Origin: Candidatus Eiseniibacteriota bacterium
Lineage (GTDB): Bacteria; Eisenbacteria; RBG-16-71-46; CAVPCR01
Length of the DNA stretch: 64,000 bases
Assembly (NCBI GenBank): GCA_963702435.1
Contig: CAVPCR010000002.1
Coordinates: 20,999 to 84,998 of the forward strand
Direction: 5' to 3'
Shown: positions 24,051 to 32,056 of the stretch, in pieces
How the letters are laid out: every line of letters starts with the position of its first letter
Numbering within the stretch: position 1 is the first letter of the stretch
The notes under the pieces: model-generated
The model's input: only the letters and a program-made list of their open reading frames with translations
Told to the model about the DNA's origin: nothing
The model's database searches: none
Translations under genes and position numbers: made by a program

Positions 24051-24674
24051 ATGCGCGTTGCGTCTGTGTTCATGGCCATCCTCGCGCTCGTCGCGAGCAG
24101 CACCGCTTTCGCGGGCAACAACCCGCAGGTCACCCTTCCGTTGCACGCCAAGGCCTCGAGCTTCGAGGCGTGTACCGGGCTCGCCCCGGTGGACTGCCTG
24201 TCGAACCGGCCCACGGTGGACGTGAGCGCCGGCACCGTGGCCGTCTTCCTGACCATGATGAACTACGTCGGGGTCGCTGGCGTCCAGACGGCCTTCGACA
24301 ATCCGAACAACTGGACCTTCACCTTCGGTCTCTGGGACTGCCAGGTCGGGCAGCTCAATGCGGTGACCCCGGTAGCGCCCTTCGGCGCGACGTCAGGCTC
24401 GATCACGACCGCGTTCAACTGCGTGAGCAGCGGAGCCCTCATTCCAGTCGGGCGTATGTTCTTCATCGCGACGACCGGATGCCTCTCGCAGATCCAGTCG
24501 AGCTATCCGTTCGGCATTCACGCCCTCGACTGCGCGGGCGGCATCGACCAGATCACCGACAACGAGCAGGGGCGGCTCGGGAAGATCTGCGTCGGCTCGG
24601 GCGGCGTCGACGCGTGCGACCCGATCTCGCCGGTCAACCCGGCGACCTGGGGGCAGATCAAGGCGGCGTACTAG
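24051..24674 (+). CDS. Secreted 8-Cys protein with C-terminal TWGQIKAAY motif, paralog 1
   Basis: Strong RBS GAGGAGGAGG; Sec signal ending TAFA; clear homology to 25357 and 26057. Confidence 0.9.
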   Translation: MRVASVFMAILALVASSTAFAGNNPQVTLPLHAKASSFEACTGLAPVDCLSNRPTVDVSAGTVAVFLTMMNYVGVAGVQTAFDNPNNWTFTFGLWDCQVGQLNAVTPVAPFGATSGSITTAFNCVSSGALIPVGRMFFIATTGCLSQIQSSYPFGIHALDCAGGIDQITDNEQGRLGKICVGSGGVDACDPISPVNPATWGQIKAAY

Positions 24675-24745
24675 CTCGTCGCGTACAGATCGAGTTTATA
24701 CAGCCTGAGCGCGAGGGTTCGCCCTCGCCGGGGCTGCAGGTGGAT

Positions 24746-24782
24746 CGGGCGGCTCCCGCAAGGAGCCGCCCGGTCTTGTTTC
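24746..24782 (+). terminator. Rho-independent terminator
   Basis: 11-bp stem CGGGCGGCTCC / GGAGCCGCCCG followed by GTCTTGTTTC; a second UUCG-loop hairpin lies at 24711-24728. Confidence 0.8.
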
Positions 24783-24911
24783 GAGGCGGGTACGGCTGCC
24801 GGGCGAAAGGTGCCCGCGGCGCGACCCGTGTCGCGGGAGCCGGGGCCGCGCTATACTGGCGGCGTACCCGCCCGGCGTGTTCGGTCCGCAGGGCGTACAA
24901 GGAGGCCGCCC

Positions 24912-25282
24912 GTGAACTCCGTGCGTTCATGGAGAGCGTCGATCGCGGCTGTCCTGCCCGTCGACTGCCGGAACGTCTACCCGACGGTTGACGTGAATCC
25001 CGGCCCGACGGTCATCTTCCTCTTCGTCATGAACCACGGCGGGGTTGCGGGCGTGCAGACCGCCTTCGAACCCGCCCCGAGCTGGACCTTCGCGTTCGGA
25101 CTCTGGGACTGCCAGCTCGGCCCGCTCTCGATCGTGGTCCCCGCTCCGCCGTTCGGGCCCGGACCGGGAACGAGTATCGCCTGGGGCGGATCTGCGTGGG
25201 TCAGGGCGGCTACGCTTCCTGCTTCGTGATGCCGGCGGTCGAGGCGGCGACCTGGGGGAGCATCAAGGCGCAGTACGACTGA
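24912..25282 (+). pseudogene. Internally deleted, frameshifted paralog 2 of the TWGxIK family
   Basis: RBS GGAGG plus GTG; LPVDC..GVQTAF..GLWDCQ..PPFGP in one frame and EYRLGRICVG..ATWGSIKAQYD in another; signal core and central ~55 codons are missing. Confidence 0.85.
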
Positions 25283-26027
25283 GCAGGGGAGGGCGAGCCG
25301 GCGAACCAGCGATCCCGCCGGATCGTGGGGGAGCCGGACAACCGGAGGGTTCTTCCATGAACTCAGTACTCCAACCGAGGACGGCCCTCGTGGCCGGCCT
25401 CCTTGCGACATGCGTGGCGACGGCGGCATCGGCCGGTCTGAACCCGAACTTCACGCTGCCTCTTCATGCCAAGGCGTCGAGCTTCGAGCCGTGCGACGGC
25501 TACCTGCCAGTCGACTGCGTGAACCATCTGCCGGTCGTCAACATCGCGCCCGGGCCGACCGCGGTGTTCCTCTTCGTCATGAACTACGCCGAGGTGGCCG
25601 GGGTGCAGACCGCTTTCCAGCCGGACGGGAGCTGGATCTTCCTCTTCGGCCTCTGGGATTGCCAGCCCGGGCAGCTGAACGCGGTGATGCCGGCTCCACC
25701 GTTCGGCCCGACCGCCGGTTCGATCGCGACCGCCTTCAACTGCCTGGCCGGTCCGCAGCTCGCCGTGGTCGGGCGGATGTTCTTCTTCCTGAACACGAAC
25801 GCCAACGGCTGTCTCGAGCAAGTCCAGTCGAGCTATCCGTTCGGTATCTGCGTCATCGACTGCCAGCTCGCGGTGGATCGGATCCTGTCCGGCCAGGAGG
25901 CTCGACTCGGCAAGGTCTGCATCGGCCCGGGCGGCAACGCCCCCTGCGTGCAGACGACCGCAGTCGAGTCGGCGACCTGGGGGCAGATCAAGGCGCAGTA
26001 CCGGTAGCAGGGGAGGGCGAGCCGGCG
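25282..26027 (+). repeat. 22-nt direct repeat AGCAGGGGAGGGCGAGCCGGCG (25282-25303 and 26006-26027)
   Basis: Identical copies at the stop codons of paralogs 2 and 3. Confidence 0.85.
25357..26007 (+). CDS. Secreted Cys-rich protein with C-terminal TWGQIKAQYR motif, paralog 3
   Basis: Signal peptide ending AASA; LPLHAKASSFE, GVQTAF, GLWDCQ, SSYPFG, RLGKVC. Confidence 0.9.
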   Translation: MNSVLQPRTALVAGLLATCVATAASAGLNPNFTLPLHAKASSFEPCDGYLPVDCVNHLPVVNIAPGPTAVFLFVMNYAEVAGVQTAFQPDGSWIFLFGLWDCQPGQLNAVMPAPPFGPTAGSIATAFNCLAGPQLAVVGRMFFFLNTNANGCLEQVQSSYPFGICVIDCQLAVDRILSGQEARLGKVCIGPGGNAPCVQTTAVESATWGQIKAQYR

Positions 26028-26056
26028 GGATCGCTCCGTCTGGCGGGAGGACCGGC

Positions 26057-26698
26057 ATGAGAGCAGGAACTGCGATGCAGGCGATGTCCCTCGCGGTGCT
26101 CGTCTCCACGGCAGCCGCCGCCACCGCCGGCGCCGGTCAGAATGCGTCCTTCCTGCTTCCGCTCCACGCCACGGCGATGACGCAGGGGCCGTGCAGCGCC
26201 TACCAGCCGGTCGATTGCCTCGGCGTGCAGCCGACCGTGGACGTGAGCCCCGGCACCATCGCCGTCTACCTTCTCGCGTTCAATCACAGCCAGCTCGGCG
26301 GCGTGCAGACAGCCTTCGAGCCCGACCCGAGCTGGACCTTCATCTACGGACTCTGGGACTGCCAGCCCGGCCAGCTGACGGCGGTCGCCCCGGCGCCTCC
26401 GTTCGGGCCCCTCGCGGGATCGATCACGACCGCGTTCAACTGCGTCTACGGCCCGTCCATCGCGCCGATCGGTCGCATGATCTTCTCGGCCACGAGCGGC
26501 TGCTTGACGCAGGTCGCCTCGAGCTACCCCTTCGGGACCCATGTCATCGATTGCGGCTTCGAGGTGGACCAGGCGCAACCCGGCGAGGACTACCGGCTCG
26601 GGAAGATCTGCGTCGGGGGCGGCGGCTATGCGGCGTGCACCGGCGGCGGGCAGATCGACCGGGCGACCTGGGGCGGGATCAAGAGCCAGTACCAGTAG
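26057..26698 (+). CDS. Secreted 8-Cys protein with C-terminal TWGGIKSQYQ motif, paralog 4
   Basis: RBS GGAGGA; signal peptide; same conserved blocks as paralogs 1 and 3. Confidence 0.9.
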   Translation: MRAGTAMQAMSLAVLVSTAAAATAGAGQNASFLLPLHATAMTQGPCSAYQPVDCLGVQPTVDVSPGTIAVYLLAFNHSQLGGVQTAFEPDPSWTFIYGLWDCQPGQLTAVAPAPPFGPLAGSITTAFNCVYGPSIAPIGRMIFSATSGCLTQVASSYPFGTHVIDCGFEVDQAQPGEDYRLGKICVGGGGYAACTGGGQIDRATWGGIKSQYQ

Positions 26699-26752
26699 GC
26701 GCCAGGCGCCCTGGAAAGGCGCCGCCGGCCGGGGGAGCCGCTAGCCTACACA

Positions 26753-26780
26753 ACTTGACATAAGATATATTATGCGCCAT
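26753..26780 (-). other. dif: dif site (XerC/XerD chromosome dimer resolution site)
   Basis: Minus strand reads ATGGCGCATAA-TATATC-TTATGTCAAGT, against E. coli dif GGTGCGCATAA-TGTATA-TTATGTTAAAT; intergenic between convergent genes; coding strand bias flips here. Confidence 0.88.
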
Positions 26781-26794
26781 TGAGCCGAGGCCGC

Positions 26795-27373
26795 TCAGGG
26801 GCGGCGGCGGGCCGCCCGGGCGGCGTTGCCGGCCGCAGCAGGCTTCCGGGTTGCGGCTCGGCGTGGCGGCTGCGGGCGCGGGCGCTCGGCCACGACATCC
26901 GGGCGCTGCTCCTCGACCCGCACCTGCTCGATCGCCCCGGCCAGCTCGCGCGCCGCGGCCACGAAGCGCTTGCGGCTTCCGGGGCCGGCGCCCGCAGTCA
27001 CCCGGGCGTAGGCCAGGTCGAGGGCGGACTCGACCCGCTCGACCGCGTGCCGGCCGGCGGCGGTCAAGGCGACGACGACGACCCGGCGGTCGTCCGGCGA
27101 GCTCTCCCGCTTCAGGAGCCCGCCCCGGACCAGCGGATCGAGGGCCCGGGTAACGGTGCTCGGAGCGAGCCCGAGCTCCCGCGCCATCATGGTCATCGCC
27201 GGCCGCCCCATGGCCGCCACGGCGAGCAGCGCGTGCGCCTGCGCGCGCGGCAGTCCGGCCTTGGCGGTGGCCGCGGCCTCGAGCTGACCCACGGCCCGCA
27301 CCAGGCGCCGGAACGCGCGGACGAGATCATCGGCCGGCCGCTCGGTCGCGCCGGCTCTCCCGCTGGTACTCAT
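26795..27373 (-). CDS. MarR family transcriptional regulator
   Basis: ARELGLAPSTVTRALDPLVRGGLLKR...DDRRVVVVALTAAG. Confidence 0.9.
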   Translation of the reverse strand: MSTSGRAGATERPADDLVRAFRRLVRAVGQLEAAATAKAGLPRAQAHALLAVAAMGRPAMTMMARELGLAPSTVTRALDPLVRGGLLKRESSPDDRRVVVVALTAAGRHAVERVESALDLAYARVTAGAGPGSRKRFVAAARELAGAIEQVRVEEQRPDVVAERPRPQPPRRAATRKPAAAGNAARAARRRP

Positions 27374-27520
27374 GTCCGGGACAATAATTGTACTAGACAA
27401 GCATTGCAATGGGGAATCGATGCCGGCTGGGCCCGGCGCGGCGAGCGCTGAATCCGTTCGATCCGCCGCGCCGCGCTGACCGGACAGGCGGCGAGCGCAC
27501 GGGGCGGCCGCACATGGCAG

Positions 27521-27550
27521 AGCGGGGGCCGGTGGTCACCGGCCCCCGCT
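27521..27550. terminator. Perfect 14-bp inverted repeat (terminator-like hairpin) downstream of the CHRD gene
   Basis: AGCGGGGGCCGGTG-gt-CACCGGCCCCCGCT; no clear U-tract. Confidence 0.55.
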
Positions 27551-27577
27551 CCCCAGCGGAACCTCGCCACTCCCCCG

Positions 27578-28057
27578 CTAGTCGAACAGGGTCTTGATCT
27601 GGCCCCAGGTGCCCGGGTCCACGGCGACCGCGTCCAGGCGGATCTGACCGCGGATCTCCCCGCCCGGGAACTGGCTCGTGTGGATGTTGATGTAGGACAG
27701 CCCGTTAATGAGGTCGGCCGCCTGCGCTGCGGTCAGCGGGCCGACCGTCAGGTTGATGGGACTGACCGGAGGCGCCGGCGGGATCAGAGAGAAGCGCACT
27801 CCCGCGTTGACCCCCGGCGGGGCCGGGGCATGGATGTGAGACGCCACGACCGGGGCAAGCAGGCCGCTGAAGGTGCAGCTCACATTGAGCATCATCGCGA
27901 CGTCCAGCACCAGGGTGGCGGAACCCGTGGCGGGCGAGGCATTGGGAGGAACCTCCTGCAACCCATCGAGTGTCGCCGTGAAGGTCTGCGCGGACGCGAC
28001 GCCCGCCCCCAGCACCAAGGCCAGAGCAGCGATCGAGATTCTACCAATGGCGTGCAT
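27578..28057 (-). CDS. Secreted CHRD-domain protein with C-terminal TWGQIKTLFD motif
   Basis: Signal ending ASA; LDGLQEVPPNASPATG, SHIH, YINIHTSQFPGGEIRGQI; RBS AAGGAG. Confidence 0.9.
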   Translation of the reverse strand: MHAIGRISIAALALVLGAGVASAQTFTATLDGLQEVPPNASPATGSATLVLDVAMMLNVSCTFSGLLAPVVASHIHAPAPPGVNAGVRFSLIPPAPPVSPINLTVGPLTAAQAADLINGLSYINIHTSQFPGGEIRGQIRLDAVAVDPGTWGQIKTLFD

Positions 28058-28453
28058 TGAATGGACTCCTTGCGTGACGTGCGGCACTCTCCAGGGGGGC
28101 AGCGGAGAATGCGCACCGGGACTTGCGACAATGCCAGGCTTGCACGCTAGTATGTCATGTCATTGTCCCACGTCAACCGCAAACAGGCATGGGCGGGGGA
28201 CGCCCTCCGGGAAAGCGGGAAGCAAATGCGGGCTCTCCCCTCTCCCTCCTCTTTCTGCTCCTCCTCATCGCATCGCCGGCAGCGATATCGACAGCTCCGA
28301 GGCTCTCGCTCGCTCTTCTCGCTCGAGCAACGAGAGCCCCACCGGCGCCGCGGCCAGCTCGTTGTACTTAACAATCATTGTGGTTACAAAGCGCTAGCGA
28401 GAGATGGCGGCCGCCAACGCCGCGCCGTGACGCGCTGCCGCCGGTGCCCGCGA

Positions 28454-30514
28454 CTACGCGGCCTTGCGGGCCGCGACCGGCAGCGCCGGCGGCGAAGCCG
28501 GTTCCCGATAGAACGCGATCGGTGCGATCGCGAGGCAGTGGGTGGCCACCGCCGCCAGCATCACATCCCAGATCCCCGGAACCGTCGGCCAAGTTGAGAG
28601 CCCGCAGACGAAGCCGACGCCGACCGACATGAGGATCTGGACGATCCAGGTGAGCGTAAGCGCCGGGGCGTGCAGGATGGCGCGCGGCGAGGTGCTCGTG
28701 ACGTCCATCGTCGGCGGCGGGCCGAGGTTCGCCATCACGTCCGGGGTTGCGGCCTTCACCGTGCTCTCGCGCCACGTGCTGAGGCTCGCGCGCAGCCGCC
28801 TCGCCGCGGTCTGGGCGGCGATCGCGTTCCCGGCGCCGAGGGGGATGAGACCGAACACCCCCGAGGAGCCGTCGGCACGCTCCCAGCGCAGTCGCACGGC
28901 CCGCACGCGGATCCACCCCGGGAGGCCGCGATCGAGCCACACCTCCCGGACCTCGGCCGGTGTCAGCGAGAAGCGTGACTCCTCGCCCGCGTAGTCGATG
29001 CGGAGGGGGGTGATGGCAAGGAAGCCGGCGTCCCATTCGGCGAAACCTTCGTAGAGGCGCGGCGCGGCGTGGGGTGCGAGGCCAACGAAGGACTCGCGGC
29101 CACGGCCTGCCTCCCGGACCTCCGGCCACCGTCTGGCCTCCAGCGCCCGGCGCAGCGCCAGCAGCGAGCGCGGCGCAAGCAAAAGCCACGTCAGTTGCCA
29201 GGCCAGGAAGGTGACGAGGATGGCGAGGGCGAGCCCGGCGAGGCGCGACAGCAGCAGGAACTTGAGGATCCAGATCGTGGCGGCGGGGACGAAGACCGAA
29301 ACGGCGAGCAGAGACCACGCCACCTGGTTCTGGGCGCGGCGGCGGAAATCGCTGCCGAAGGCGCGCGGCGCGACCACCGCCTCGGGCATCGCCCACCGCT
29401 CCCCCGCCGCCGGGGTGTGGTCCATGAGATCGATGAGGAGCGCCGGATCGAGCCCGGCGCGGGCCGCCAGGCGCATAGCGCGGCGCTCGAGGGAAGGGTG
29501 CGTGAGCAGGCACTCGCGAGCCCGCGACCAGCGGAGAGGCACCTGGGAGAGGCGAGACAGCCGGGCCAGGCCGGTGACGAGCGCCTCCGGTCTGGCCCCG
29601 AGATCGATGGCCCGAGCATCGGTGGCGAACTCGATGCGGCGCGCAAACGCCAGGTAACCGAGGAGACCCGCGGCCGGCGCGAACACCAGGACCCAGAGGC
29701 CCCCCCAGAAACTCGCCGCGACGGCCAGGGTCAGGAGGAAGAGCCCGCGCGCGAGCTTGTCTGGATCCTTGCGTGCGAGGTGCGCCATCTCATGCGCGAG
29801 CACGGCGTCCACCTCATCGCGATCGAGGTGGTCGAGCAGGACGTCCGTGAGCAGGACCACATTGTTGGTTACCGCGAAGGCATTGGCGAGGCGTACCCGT
29901 CTGAGCGGCACGACGTAGAGCTGCGTTAGCTTCACCCCAGCGCGCGCGGCGATGGCGAAGACCCGATCGCGGAGCTCGCCGCTGGTTACGGCATGAAAGG
30001 TGAGCCCGGCGTTGCGCTGGCGGCGGCCGAGGAGCGTGATCGCGAGGGCGACGGCGACGGCGACGGCGAGCGCTCCGCCGCCGCGCCCCCCGGTCGCGAG
30101 CGCCCCGATGGCCGCGGCGCCTATCGTGAGCGGGAGCAGCGTGCCGGCGAGAAGGAGCAGGGCATCGCGGCGCGCCTCGCTCCAGGTCCAATCAGTGAGC
30201 CCCGCCCGGCGTGCGACATCGAAGCCGAGAGTGGCGAGCGTGGCGAGGGAAACGAGGAGCGGCCCCGCCAGGACTCCCATGGCCACCCCCCACCTGAGCC
30301 AGGGGGCGTTCTCGCTCAGCCCCGCGTGAACTGCCGGCAAGAGGACCCGCAGCGCCGGCGGGAGCCAGAGGAGAGCGGAGACCAGACCCACCCACTGGCT
30401 GCGCTGCATGAAGGCGAAGTACGAGGGGGGCCGCTCGCGCAGGGCGACGCGGTGCGACCACAGAGCAAGCCCCAGGGGAAGGACGAAGGCAGCTACCAGA
30501 ACGACGCCGGCCAT
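28454..30514 (-). CDS. M48 family (HtpX/Ste24-like) membrane zinc metalloprotease with extra TM segments and C-terminal extension
   Basis: ANAFA, EVDAVLAHEMAH, EFATD, THPSLERR. Confidence 0.85.
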   Translation of the reverse strand: MAGVVLVAAFVLPLGLALWSHRVALRERPPSYFAFMQRSQWVGLVSALLWLPPALRVLLPAVHAGLSENAPWLRWGVAMGVLAGPLLVSLATLATLGFDVARRAGLTDWTWSEARRDALLLLAGTLLPLTIGAAAIGALATGGRGGGALAVAVAVALAITLLGRRQRNAGLTFHAVTSGELRDRVFAIAARAGVKLTQLYVVPLRRVRLANAFAVTNNVVLLTDVLLDHLDRDEVDAVLAHEMAHLARKDPDKLARGLFLLTLAVAASFWGGLWVLVFAPAAGLLGYLAFARRIEFATDARAIDLGARPEALVTGLARLSRLSQVPLRWSRARECLLTHPSLERRAMRLAARAGLDPALLIDLMDHTPAAGERWAMPEAVVAPRAFGSDFRRRAQNQVAWSLLAVSVFVPAATIWILKFLLLSRLAGLALAILVTFLAWQLTWLLLAPRSLLALRRALEARRWPEVREAGRGRESFVGLAPHAAPRLYEGFAEWDAGFLAITPLRIDYAGEESRFSLTPAEVREVWLDRGLPGWIRVRAVRLRWERADGSSGVFGLIPLGAGNAIAAQTAARRLRASLSTWRESTVKAATPDVMANLGPPPTMDVTSTSPRAILHAPALTLTWIVQILMSVGVGFVCGLSTWPTVPGIWDVMLAAVATHCLAIAPIAFYREPASPPALPVAARKAA

Positions 30515-30642
30515 GAGGACGTTATCGGCAACCGGCGTCCTGGTCTGGAGGAGGCGCCGCCCACCCCAGGCCGCGACAGATGTCGTCGAGTCGACTAGCC
30601 CGGATCAACTGGATCGCCGAACCCACCGGACCTGCTTCGCGG

Positions 30643-31602
30643 CTACTTGATGGCTATCGGATTGACGATCGCCTGCACGCCGCCGGTTATCCGCGGTGTT
30701 CCAAGCGTGAAGAAGAACTCCCACGCCTTGTCGCGTGCAAGCTCGGCTGTATTCATGCTCTCGAGCAGGTAGACGCCGTTCATCGCCAGCAGGATCTGGT
30801 GGACCTCGTATACGCCGGCGCCGTTTTCGAAGGGGATCACCTCGAAGCTCGGCGTGTCGATGCCGACCGCCGCCACCTCCAGAGAGGCGAGGTATCGTGA
30901 GCCATCGCGGCCGAGGCCTGGGCCAACGGAGATGAAGCGCTTGTTGTCCTTTCCGAGGAGCTGCATCCATCCCGTGTGAAAGAGCACGACATCACCTTTC
31001 TCGATTGCCTTGATGCTCTGCCGCTTCATCGCCCCCTCGATCTCAGCCCGGTTGATCGCGGTGCCCTCCTTCACGATGTCGGTGCCAAGATACCCGGCGA
31101 TGTCGAGAAGGACGCCTCGGGTCGCAATCGCCGGAATGTTCTCGACACCGAGCTTGGTCAGGCCGTCCGGGCGCACGAAGTCGGCCGCCCTGTTGCAGTT
31201 GAAATAGACATTGTCGATGCCGACATGCCCGAACCCGTCGATCTGCGAACCGATGCCGACCCAGCCCGTGATGATGTCGTCGTTGTAGGTGGTCTTGGTC
31301 GGCCCCATACCGACGCCGCCGGCCTGGTCCGGCTGCAGCACGGTAATGCTGAATCTCCGCGTGCCGTACGCGGGCGTGTCCTTGTTGGTCTCGATGCCGA
31401 GCCGGTAGGACTTTCCCGCGGTGATCAGTTTCGACGCGGAGAGCGTCTTGGCCGGCGTAACGTGCCTGACGTTCCCGATCTGATCATCGGGGCCGAACCT
31501 GGACGCGGTTTGCCAGGGGCCATCCTGCGCGTGGGCCGCGGCAGCCAGCAGCAAGCCGGCGGCGAGCATCGACAGGAACTGAGATTCGAGCAGAGCCCGC
31601 AT
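30643..31602 (-). CDS. Secreted cyclase family (kynurenine formamidase-like) metal hydrolase
   Basis: Signal ending AHA; SRFGPDDQIG, GSQIDGFGH, TRGVLLD, GDVVLFHTGW, VHQILL..NGVYLLE. Confidence 0.85.
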   Translation of the reverse strand: MRALLESQFLSMLAAGLLLAAAAHAQDGPWQTASRFGPDDQIGNVRHVTPAKTLSASKLITAGKSYRLGIETNKDTPAYGTRRFSITVLQPDQAGGVGMGPTKTTYNDDIITGWVGIGSQIDGFGHVGIDNVYFNCNRAADFVRPDGLTKLGVENIPAIATRGVLLDIAGYLGTDIVKEGTAINRAEIEGAMKRQSIKAIEKGDVVLFHTGWMQLLGKDNKRFISVGPGLGRDGSRYLASLEVAAVGIDTPSFEVIPFENGAGVYEVHQILLAMNGVYLLESMNTAELARDKAWEFFFTLGTPRITGGVQAIVNPIAIK

Positions 31603-32056
31603 CTTCACATTGACCACCTTTCCGTGGGGTTGACGCTGGAGCGCTTCTCGGGCGCCCGCCGTCAGGGGCCCGTCAGCGTCCATGAACGGACCGGGATAGG
31701 GCACACCTTGAGCATTCCGTCCCGAGTATCGCCCCGGCGGGGGCTGCGTCAAGGCGGTGTCGACTTCGGCGGAGCCTCAGGACCGCGCCACTCAGGTCGA
31801 GCGCGCCTGCGCAAACCGGGATGCCACTGGTCAGGGGCCGCAGCTCCATGTCGCCGGCGTCATCCACCTCGTCAGCGGACAGGATGGGCATCCCGGCGGG
31901 CGACGGCGCCCGCGGCGAGCGCGGGCGCCGGGACACGGCGGACGACCGCCCGCGCTGCCGTGAGCAGGCAGTTTCGGGAAAGTCCATCACATCAACAGGT
32001 TCGACGGCCTGAACCCCTGCGCCGCGCTTCCCAGTGACCAGCGCACCGGTCGCGCG

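Noticed and set aside
25286-26017. GGGNAGGG (KOPS-like) octamers pointing toward dif
   Set aside because: Two copies are correctly oriented, but counter-oriented copies also occur on both sides (for example near 1388, 18856, 29490 and 59467); a whole-genome count is needed
24051-26698. Paralog array as CRISPR, DGR target or integron cassette array
   Set aside because: The repeats are diverged protein-coding genes; no spacers, reverse transcriptase, adenine-specific variation, attC-like sites or integron integrase were seen
26755-26780. TTGACA as a sigma-70 -35 box
   Set aside because: It lies between convergent gene ends with no downstream + gene and is better explained as the XerD arm of dif
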